Positions 19,421 through 26,759 of a stretch of DNA of 64,000 nt are shown one piece after another. Position numbers and translations under genes: made by a program. Each line of letters opens with the position of its first letter. Positions within the stretch are counted from its first letter, which is position 1. The stretch is taken from assembly GCA_017304845.1 (NCBI GenBank), contig JAFKLL010000011.1:81480-145479 (forward strand). Direction: 5' to 3'. This DNA is from Solirubrobacterales bacterium. Its GTDB lineage: Bacteria; Actinomycetota; Thermoleophilia; Solirubrobacterales; 70-9. The notes beneath the pieces were generated by a model, which saw nothing but the letters and a program-made list of their open reading frames with translations, had not been told where the DNA came from and did no database searches.

Positions 19421-20157
19421 TATCCCCCGGAGGGCAGCGGTCCGTGGTCGGTGCCGATCACCACGGTCACGTCGGCGCCGGAGGTGAGGGTGGTGACGTC
19501 CGGGGTCATCGCCTCGGTGGATGAGATCCCAATCGCCTTGCCGACCTTCTTCGCGGCCGCCTCGTTGCCGTCGGTGTACATGACCACGCTCTCGGTGTAG
19601 GTCTCGGTGGCGTCGGTCACGACCCCGGTCGTGAAGCCGTCCTTGTTGAGCGCGTCCGCGTACTCGGCGGCCAGGCCGACCTCGGCGCCGCCGGTGCCGT
19701 TCAGGACCCCGACTTTGATCGAGGACGGGTTCACGTTGCGGGCCTTCTTGGCCGCCGCGCCCTTGCGTGCCTGGTTCGGGCTGGTGCCGCTGTCACCGCC
19801 GAGCAGGCTCGAGGCGGCCCAGGCGGCCGCCGCGCCGAGGATCAGGACGACGGCGACGATCGCGATGATCCGGCCGCTCCGGCCGAGCCGATCCCAGAAG
19901 CCGCCCTCGGACAGGCCGGCCCGTTCCAGGCGGCGCTCCTCGCGCTCGGCCAGGACGCGCAGCTCCTGCGAGCGCTCCTCGGCCACGATCTCGCTGACCT
20001 CGCGGACCTCGGCGTCACGCTCCGGCGCGCCTCCCGCCCACTCGCGCAGACGGCGGATGTCCCGCGCCTGCGAGAAGCAGAGGAAGGAGAGCACCCCCAG
20101 CCCGAACAGGGCGACGAGGCCGGCGTAGGCGCCTACGGTCTGGATTACGTCGGTCAA
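19420..20157 (-). CDS. LytR_C domain protein without LCP catalytic domain (two TM segments plus a charged helical linker)
   Basis: 245 aa, TTG start. C-terminal VGVLNGTGGAEVGLAAEYADALNKDGFTTGVV...VVMYTDG...ADVTVVIGTD matches the LytR C-terminal domain pattern. Confidence 0.65.
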   Translation of the reverse strand: MTDVIQTVGAYAGLVALFGLGVLSFLCFSQARDIRRLREWAGGAPERDAEVREVSEIVAEERSQELRVLAEREERRLERAGLSEGGFWDRLGRSGRIIAIVAVVLILGAAAAWAASSLLGGDSGTSPNQARKGAAAKKARNVNPSSIKVGVLNGTGGAEVGLAAEYADALNKDGFTTGVVTDATETYTESVVMYTDGNEAAAKKVGKAIGISSTEAMTPDVTTLTSGADVTVVIGTDHGPLPSGG

Positions 20158-20264
20158 CTGATCTCCACTTTTCTAGGTCGCGGCATCTGTGGCCGGGTCG
20201 GTCTGCCCTCGCCCCGGAAATGCCGACCGGGGCATGTTAGAGAGGATCGGCGGATGAACGCGCC

Positions 20265-22145
20265 TCAGGTGATCCTGATCGGATCGCTGCCCGGGTCGGC
20301 GGCGAGCGCGACGATGGTCTCGGCGAGGTTCGACTCGTCGCCCGTGTGGACCACCGTTTCGAGCCGGTCGAGCGTCTCGACCACCCAGTCGGGATCGATC
20401 GGCTTCTCCCGGACCGCCCGCATGATCCGCTTCGACGCCGTCGGCTGCGGACGCTCGTCGGGCCCGAAGAGCTCCTCGTGCAGCTTCTCGCCCGGCCGCG
20501 GCCCGGTGAACTCGATCGCGATGTCGAGCTCCGGCTCCCGGCCGGCGAGCTTGATCATGTTCTCGGCCAGATCCGTGATCTTCACCGGCTCGCCCATGTC
20601 GAGCACGAAGACGTCGCCGCGGCTGACCCCGGTGTCACCGGCCCGGATCACCAGCTGGACCGCCTCCGGGATGGTCATGAAGAACCGGGTCATGTCCGGA
20701 TGGGTGACCGTGACCGGCCCGCCCTGCTCGATCTGCCGCTTGAAGATCGGCACGACGCTGCCGGACGATCCGAGCACGTTGCCGAAGCGGACGCTGACGA
20801 AGCGGGTCGCCGGGTGGCGTTCGTCCGCGGCGGAGACCGCCCACTCGGCCATCGCCTTCGAGGCGCCCATCACGGTCTGCGGGTTGACCGCCTTGTCGGT
20901 CGAGATCAGCACGAAGCGCTCGGCCCCGGCCGCCGCCGCGCAGTCGGCCGTGATCCGGGTGGCGAAGGAGTTGTTGCGGAGCGCCTCGAGCGGGTTCGAC
21001 TCCATCAGCGGGACATGCTTGTAGGCGGCGGCGTGGAAGACGATGTTCGGCTTGAACCGCTGCATGACCTCGAACATCCGCTCGGTCTCCTTGCAGTCGG
21101 CGAGCACCGCCTCGACCCGGCTGAAGTGCCGTTCGGCCACCATCTCCCGCTCGATCTGGAAGAGGTTGTCCTCGGCGTGGTCGAGCATGACCAGCAGCTT
21201 CGGGCCTACCAGCGCGATCTGGCGGCAGAGCTCCTTGCCGATCGAGCCTCCGGCCCCGGTCACCATCACCACCTGGTCCTCCAGGTAGGCGCCGACCCGG
21301 GCCAGCTCGACGACGACCGGCTCGCGGCCGAGCACGTCTTCGACCTGGACCTCGCGCAGCTGCTGGCTGAGCTGGACCCCACCGCGCAGCAGCTCGAACA
21401 CGGTCGGCAGGGTCCGCACCCGGATCTGCCGTTCACGGCAGGCCGCCACGACCCGGGCCCGCAGGGTCCCCGGCGCGGACGGGATCGCGATGATCACCTC
21501 GTCCGGCTCGGTCTCGTCGAGGATCGTCTCGATCTCGTCGGTGGTGCCGAGCACCGAGATGCCCTGGATGCGCATGCCGCGCATGTCCTTGTTGTCGTCG
21601 ACGAACCCGATCGCGGTCTCGCCGAGATGCGGGTTGAGCCGCAGTTCGCGGACCACCATCTGGCCGCCCGAACCGGCCCCGACCACGAGCACCTCGCGGC
21701 CCCGGGCGATCCGGTAGCCCTTGTTGGGCCGCTCCTTGAAGAGGCGGGTGCCGAGCCGGGCGCCCGCGATCAGGAACAGCGTGAGCAGGAAGTCGGTGAC
21801 CGCGACCGAGCGGGGCAGGCCGTCGGCGTAGGGTTGAGCGACCGTGAAGACCACGATCAGCAGAAGGCTCGAGACGGAGACCGCCTGGATGATCCGGGAG
21901 ATGTCGCGACCACCCACGAATCGCCACCACTTCTGGTAGAGCCCGAAGAGGAAGAAGATCACGACCTTGCCGACGATCACGAACCCGATCGACTTGACCA
22001 GCAGATCGACGTAACGCTCCGGAATCGTCCAATCGTCGATGAAGCGGAGCTGGAAGGCGAGGAAGTAGGCGATGGCGACGAGTACGGCATCACCAGCCAT
22101 CTGCATCAGCTGGTAACGGCGCAAATGGAAGTCCGGACGTCGCAT
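20265..22145 (-). CDS. Membrane-bound NDP-sugar 4,6-dehydratase/epimerase (CapD/PglF/WbpM family)
   Basis: Track ORF is 20265..23027. Start moved to ATG 22145 (MRRPDFHLRRYQLMQMAGD), giving 626 aa. Four N-terminal TM segments, two Rossmann motifs (VVGAGSGG, VTGAGGSIG), and blocks FHAAAYKHVP and VRFGNVLGSSGSV. Confidence 0.85.
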   Translation of the reverse strand: MRRPDFHLRRYQLMQMAGDAVLVAIAYFLAFQLRFIDDWTIPERYVDLLVKSIGFVIVGKVVIFFLFGLYQKWWRFVGGRDISRIIQAVSVSSLLLIVVFTVAQPYADGLPRSVAVTDFLLTLFLIAGARLGTRLFKERPNKGYRIARGREVLVVGAGSGGQMVVRELRLNPHLGETAIGFVDDNKDMRGMRIQGISVLGTTDEIETILDETEPDEVIIAIPSAPGTLRARVVAACRERQIRVRTLPTVFELLRGGVQLSQQLREVQVEDVLGREPVVVELARVGAYLEDQVVMVTGAGGSIGKELCRQIALVGPKLLVMLDHAEDNLFQIEREMVAERHFSRVEAVLADCKETERMFEVMQRFKPNIVFHAAAYKHVPLMESNPLEALRNNSFATRITADCAAAAGAERFVLISTDKAVNPQTVMGASKAMAEWAVSAADERHPATRFVSVRFGNVLGSSGSVVPIFKRQIEQGGPVTVTHPDMTRFFMTIPEAVQLVIRAGDTGVSRGDVFVLDMGEPVKITDLAENMIKLAGREPELDIAIEFTGPRPGEKLHEELFGPDERPQPTASKRIMRAVREKPIDPDWVVETLDRLETVVHTGDESNLAETIVALAADPGSDPIRIT

Positions 22146-22166
22146 TGAAGCCCTGAAGTTTAGCCC

Positions 22167-22997
22167 GTGGATAGCATTCCCGCTCCAATTTCCGGATCGA
22201 GTGACAGCCGACGCGCAACCGGGCAGGCGGTGGTGTTGGGCCTGGTGCAGGGCCCAGCCGAGCTGTTGCCGATCTCCAGCTCCGCCCATCTGGCGATGCT
22301 GCCGAGGCTGCTGAACTGGGACTGGGAGGAGCTCGACCCGGAGCTCCGCAAGAGCTTCGAGGTCGCCCTGCACGGCGGGGCCGCGCTGGCCCTGCTGATC
22401 ACGCGACGGGACGAGATCCGCTCCGAGCTGACCGGGTTCGATCTGCGCCGGGCCGGTGTTCTCGCCCTCTCCTTCCTGCCGGCCGCCGCCTTCGGCTACG
22501 GGTTCGAGCGGGTCATCGAGTCGAAGTTCGGCGGGCCGCGGGGAACCGCCGCCGGGCTGATCCTCGGCGGCATCGCGATGGCCCTGGCCGACCGCCGACC
22601 GCAGGGTCGGGGCAAGGGCGACGCCGGCTGGAAGGACGGGCTCGCGCTCGGCATCGCCCAGGCCGCGGCGCTGATCCCGGGCGTCTCTCGCAACGGGGCG
22701 ACCCTGACCGCCGCCCGGCTGCGCGGCTTCTCCCGGGACCAGGCCAATCTGCTCTCCCGCACGGTCGCCCTGCCGGTGATCCTCGGGGCGGTCGGCCTCA
22801 AGGGCGCCCGGCTCGCCCGGCGGGGGATCAGCCGCCGCCAGGCGAAGTGGCTGGCGATCGGCACCGCCACCTCCTTCGCCTCGACCATGGCCGCGACCGA
22901 CCTGATCCGGATGGTCGAAAGGGACCGCGCCCTGGCCCCGTACTCGGCCTACCGCGTCGCGTTCGCCCTGCTGATCCTGTTGAATCGTGAGCGATGA
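22167..22997 (+). CDS. uppP: Undecaprenyl-diphosphate phosphatase
   Basis: LGLVQGPAELLPISSSAHL and PGVSRNGATL motifs; polytopic. The true start is possibly further downstream. Confidence 0.85.
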   Translation: MDSIPAPISGSSDSRRATGQAVVLGLVQGPAELLPISSSAHLAMLPRLLNWDWEELDPELRKSFEVALHGGAALALLITRRDEIRSELTGFDLRRAGVLALSFLPAAAFGYGFERVIESKFGGPRGTAAGLILGGIAMALADRRPQGRGKGDAGWKDGLALGIAQAAALIPGVSRNGATLTAARLRGFSRDQANLLSRTVALPVILGAVGLKGARLARRGISRRQAKWLAIGTATSFASTMAATDLIRMVERDRALAPYSAYRVAFALLILLNRER

Positions 22998-24013
22998 GCG
23001 ACCCAGCCGGAGAAGACGCATACGCAAGGGCCGGAGTCAGCCAGTCCGACGCCGACCTCGCGGTCAGCCGGCTGGTCGGCGCCCTGGCCAAGGCCGATAT
23101 CGGTCGCCCGACCCGTCAGGTCGACCTCAAGGGCCACTACGCGGCGGTCATGCGCCTCGACAACCGGACCGGGATCGCCCTCTCCACCGACGGGGTCGGC
23201 ACCAAGCTGCTGATCGCCGAGGAGCTCGGCCGTTTCGACACAGTCGGCATCGACTGCATCGCGATGAACGTCAACGACATCATCTGCGTCGGCGCCGAGC
23301 CGATCGCGATGCTCGACTACCTGGCGGTCGAGAAGGCGGATCCGGAGCAGTGCGAGCAGATCGGGGTAGGCCTGGCTCGGGGAGCGGAACTGGCCGGGAT
23401 CGAGATCCCGGGTGGCGAGCTCGCCCAGATCGGCGATCTGGTCAAGGGCTTCGACATCGCCGGCGCCTGCTTCGGCACGGTCGCGCTCGACTCGATCATC
23501 GACGGCTCGGCCGTCAGCCCCGGTGACGTGGTCATCGGCCTGCCCTCTTCCGGCATCCACTCGAACGGCTACACGCTGGCCCGTTCCGCGCTGTCCGGGA
23601 TCGCGATGGACGACGACCGTCTCGGCCGGCCGCTCGGCGATGTCCTGCTCGAGCCGACCGAGATCTACGTCAAGGCGGTCATGGACCTGCTCGCCTCGAC
23701 CACCCGTGTCCACGGTCTCGCCCACATCACCTCGGGCGGCCTCGACAACCTGCTCCGGCTCAAGGCCGAGGTGACCTACGAGATCACCGAGCCGCTCCGC
23801 CCGCAGCCGATCTTCGAGCTGATCGCCGAGCTGGGCGAGGTGCCGGAGGACGAGATGTACGAGGTCTTCAACATGGGCTGCGGCTTCTGCGTCGTGGTCC
23901 CCGCCGAGGACGAGAAGGCCGCCCTCGAGGTGCTCCAGGGCCACTACCCGGAGGCCCGTCGGATCGGGGATGTGGCAGGCGGAGACCGCAAGGTTCTCCG
24001 TCGTACACATTGA
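22994..24013 (+). CDS. purM: Phosphoribosylformylglycinamidine cyclo-ligase (AIR synthase)
   Basis: 339 aa. STDGVGTKLLIAEE, GIDCIAMNVNDIICVGAEPIAMLDYLA, ITSGGL motifs. ATGA overlap with uppP. Confidence 0.8.
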   Translation: MSDPAGEDAYARAGVSQSDADLAVSRLVGALAKADIGRPTRQVDLKGHYAAVMRLDNRTGIALSTDGVGTKLLIAEELGRFDTVGIDCIAMNVNDIICVGAEPIAMLDYLAVEKADPEQCEQIGVGLARGAELAGIEIPGGELAQIGDLVKGFDIAGACFGTVALDSIIDGSAVSPGDVVIGLPSSGIHSNGYTLARSALSGIAMDDDRLGRPLGDVLLEPTEIYVKAVMDLLASTTRVHGLAHITSGGLDNLLRLKAEVTYEITEPLRPQPIFELIAELGEVPEDEMYEVFNMGCGFCVVVPAEDEKAALEVLQGHYPEARRIGDVAGGDRKVLRRTH

Positions 24014-24055
24014 CGCTCGACCGCGAGGTCATCCGCCCCCACGGCTGAGCGCCTT

Positions 24056-24073
24056 CGCTCCTGGCCAGGAGCG
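24056..24073 (+). terminator. Candidate terminator hairpin after purM
   Basis: Perfect 18-nt palindrome CGCTCCTGGCCAGGAGCG, 43 nt after the purM stop, followed by GGTTTC (a weak T-tract). Confidence 0.4.
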
Positions 24074-24244
24074 GGTTTCATGCCTCCTACGGGGGGTTCA
24101 TACTGGGGATGGAAGAGCAGTGACGAATTTTTCCCGAGATTTCCCACCCCAAGGCGAAAGCCTGCGGCGCCGGATAGCCTCCCGCGTCTATGAATTTTCG
24201 CAGGCGAAACCAGTGAAGTGAACCACCCGCCTGCCAGTTCACAG

Positions 24245-25732
24245 ATGATCGGAACGGTCCTTTCGGATCGCTACCGACTCGAAGCCAAACTCGGCAGCGG
24301 CGGCATGTCCACGGTGTACCTCGCCCGGGACGAGGTGCTCGACCGCCCGGTCGCCGTGAAGCTGATGCACCGGGAGATGACCGAGCAGCCCGACCAGCTC
24401 GAACGCTTCAACCAGGAAGCCCGCGCGGTCGCCAAGCTCTCCAACCCGAACGTGGTCGCCGTGATCGACGCCGGCGAGGACCAGGGCCGGCCCTACATCG
24501 TGCTCGAGTACGTCCAGGGCGAGACCTTGAAGCAGCGGATCGCCCGGGTCGGCGCCCTCGACGCGACCGAGGCCCTGGCCTACGGCCTGGAGGTCGCGCA
24601 GGGGCTCGGCGTCGCCCATGACCGCAACATGGTCCACCGCGACGTCAAGCCTCAGAACGTCCTGATCGACTCCACCGGCCGGGCCAAGCTGACCGACTTC
24701 GGGATCGCCCGCGAGCTGAACGACGAGGGGGTGACCGCGACCGGCCGCGTGATCGGCACCACCGACTACGTGGCGCCCGAGCAGGCGATGGGCAAGGACG
24801 TCGATCCCCGCTCCGACATCTACTCGCTCGGCATCGTGCTCTACGAGATGCTGACCGGCGACGTGCCGTTCGAGGCCGACAACCAGATCGGCGTCGCGAT
24901 GAAGCACGTCAACGAGGAGCTGCCGGACGTCCAGGTGCTGCGGCCCGACATCTCCGCCGCCTCGGCCCGGGTGGTCGACCGGGCGACCGCCAAGAACCCC
25001 GACGATCGCTACCAGTCGATCGAGGAGATGTCCGAGGACCTGCAGGCGGCGCTGGAGGTCGAGGCGATCCGGGCCGGCGGCGCGACCGGCGAGGCGACCT
25101 CGGTCCTGGACGCGGTGGCTCCCCCGCGCCGCCAGATCCCGACCTCGCGGACCTCGCCCTGGCCGGCGGTGGCGATGCTGCTGGTCGCCCTGATGATCGC
25201 GGCCGGCACCGCGTACTTCATCTCCCGGGGAGACACGGGAGGCGGCGGCGGAGGCGGCGCCGGTGGGGCCGGAAGCGGCGAGCAGCGCATCTCGCTGGTC
25301 TCCGCCACCGACTACGACCCTCAGGGCGACGCCGAAGAGCACTCGGACGAGGTCGATCTCGTCCTCGACGACGACCGTTCCGCCACCGCCTGGACCACCG
25401 AGACCTACGAGACCGACAGCTTCGGCGACAAGTCCGGGGTCGGTCTCTACGTCGATGCCGGGAAGCCGGTCGAGGCCACCGAGATGGAGGTCCGCACCCC
25501 GACCCCGGGCTGGACCCTCGAGGTCTACGGCACCAACGAGCCGATCCCCGACGACGTCTCCGGCTGGACCCGTCTGGCCCAGGTGCCGGACGTCTCGGAG
25601 CAGCAGCGGATCGACCTGATCACCGCCGGAGTGAAATACCAGTACTACCTGCTCTGGATCACCGATCCGGCCGAGGTCGACTCCGGCTTCGGAGTCGCGA
25701 TCAGCGACATCCGGCTATACGGCAAGGAATGA
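24245..25732 (+). CDS. Hanks-type Ser/Thr protein kinase with single TM and discoidin-like extracellular domain
   Basis: Track start is GTG 24218; ATG 24245 is preferred. Kinase motifs GSGGMSTVYLA, VAVK, HRDVKPQN, DFGIA, APEQ. Poly-Gly linker. C-terminal ATAWTTE...GVGLYVD...GWTLEVYGT...YYLLWIT...ISDIRLYG. Confidence 0.8.
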   Translation: MIGTVLSDRYRLEAKLGSGGMSTVYLARDEVLDRPVAVKLMHREMTEQPDQLERFNQEARAVAKLSNPNVVAVIDAGEDQGRPYIVLEYVQGETLKQRIARVGALDATEALAYGLEVAQGLGVAHDRNMVHRDVKPQNVLIDSTGRAKLTDFGIARELNDEGVTATGRVIGTTDYVAPEQAMGKDVDPRSDIYSLGIVLYEMLTGDVPFEADNQIGVAMKHVNEELPDVQVLRPDISAASARVVDRATAKNPDDRYQSIEEMSEDLQAALEVEAIRAGGATGEATSVLDAVAPPRRQIPTSRTSPWPAVAMLLVALMIAAGTAYFISRGDTGGGGGGGAGGAGSGEQRISLVSATDYDPQGDAEEHSDEVDLVLDDDRSATAWTTETYETDSFGDKSGVGLYVDAGKPVEATEMEVRTPTPGWTLEVYGTNEPIPDDVSGWTRLAQVPDVSEQQRIDLITAGVKYQYYLLWITDPAEVDSGFGVAISDIRLYGKE

Positions 25733-25748
25733 CCGCAGTCGAACCCGC

Positions 25749-26741
25749 CTAGAAGCTGTGCTCGGCTTCTTCCTTGGCGCGGTCGATCGCCAGGTGGACC
25801 AGGCGGTCGCATAGGTCCGGGTAGTTGAGGCCGGTGGCCTCCCAGAGCTTCGCGTAGACCGAGGTGGTGGTGAAGCCGGGGATCGTGTTGATCTCGTTGA
25901 GCAGGATCTTCGCCTCGTCCTCGCCTTCCTCGACGAAGAAGTCACAGCGAGCCAGGCCGGAGCAGCCGGCCAGCTGGAAGACCCTCGCGGCGAGCTCGCG
26001 CACCCGCGCGGTGACCTCGTCGCTGAGGTCGGCCGGGGCGGCGATGCGAGTGCGGCCCTCGGTGTACTTCGCCTCGAAGTCGTACCACTCGTCGTCGGTG
26101 AGGATCTCCCCGGGCAGCGAGGCCTCGGCGTCCTGGTTGCCGAGCACCGAGCACTCGATCTCCCGGCCGGCGGAGTTCGCCTCGATGATCACGCGGGGAT
26201 CGAACTTCGCCGCCTCCTCGACCGCCGAGACCAGATCGGCGGGGTCGGTGACCTTGGTGATGCCGACGCTGGACCCGAGTCGCGAAGGCTTGACCCAGAG
26301 CGGGAACTCGAGGTCGCGGGCCGCTTCCTCCCAGCCGGGGGTGAAGGCCTGGACGAACCCGACCTGCGGGATCCCGTGGAAGCCGCAGAGCCGTTTCAGG
26401 GTGAGCTTGTCCATGCAGACGGCGGAGGCGAGCACGTCCGAGCCGGCGTAGGGGAGGCCGGCGGTGTCGATCGCCCCCTGGGTCACGCCGTCCTCCCCGA
26501 AGGGCCCGTGGAGGACCGGGAAGACGACGTCGACCGTCAGCAGGTCCCCGCCCGCTTCGAGGCCCTCGCCGGGGCGGATCGAGACCGGGTGGCCGTCGAC
26601 GATCCAGGCGCCGGACTTCTCGATCAGGACACGTATGACTTCGTGGCCGGCGGCCTCCAGCCCGTTGGCGACCGCGTCGCCGGAGAGCAGGGAGATCTCG
26701 TGTTCGCTGGAACGGCCACCGCTGAGGACTGCGACTCTCAT
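25749..26741 (-). CDS. ddl: D-alanine--D-alanine ligase (long form)
   Basis: 330 aa. MRVAVLSGGRSSEHEISLLSG, HGPFGEDG, WYDFEAKYT, NEINTIPGFT motifs. Confidence 0.9.
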   Translation of the reverse strand: MRVAVLSGGRSSEHEISLLSGDAVANGLEAAGHEVIRVLIEKSGAWIVDGHPVSIRPGEGLEAGGDLLTVDVVFPVLHGPFGEDGVTQGAIDTAGLPYAGSDVLASAVCMDKLTLKRLCGFHGIPQVGFVQAFTPGWEEAARDLEFPLWVKPSRLGSSVGITKVTDPADLVSAVEEAAKFDPRVIIEANSAGREIECSVLGNQDAEASLPGEILTDDEWYDFEAKYTEGRTRIAAPADLSDEVTARVRELAARVFQLAGCSGLARCDFFVEEGEDEAKILLNEINTIPGFTTTSVYAKLWEATGLNYPDLCDRLVHLAIDRAKEEAEHSF

Positions 26742-26759
26742 CAGCGGAAAGTTAGTGGG

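Noticed and set aside
22146-23027. N-terminal ~294-aa extension of the CapD-like ORF (track 20265..23027).
   Set aside because: The extension runs antisense through uppP and is Arg/Gly/Pro-rich. The family-typical N-terminus with TM helices begins at ATG 22145.
24080-24193. 36-aa ORF (MPPTGGSYWGWKSSDEFFPRFPTPRRKPAAPDSLPRL) in the purM-kinase gap.
   Set aside because: Its codon usage (CCT, TCA, AGT, GAA, TTT, AGA, CGA) is unlike the strongly GC3-biased genes around it, and it has no Shine-Dalgarno. It is more likely non-coding leader or promoter DNA.
25225-25285. GGC/GGA-rich runs here, in fhaB (about 32860-32885), at the pknB 3' end (about 26775-26800) and in the CARDB gene (about 35610-35680), checked as possible tandem or CRISPR-like repeats.
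   Set aside because: They are in-frame poly-Gly or RGG linkers inside well-supported CDSs. No repeat-spacer periodicity exists anywhere in the window.
25749-26741. Two ddl genes considered as possible VanA/VanB-type D-Ala-D-Lac ligases (glycopeptide resistance).
   Set aside because: Both keep the YDFEA(K/R)Y segment typical of D-Ala-D-Ala ligases rather than the VanA-type region as I recall it. No vanH, vanX or vanRS-like genes are nearby.
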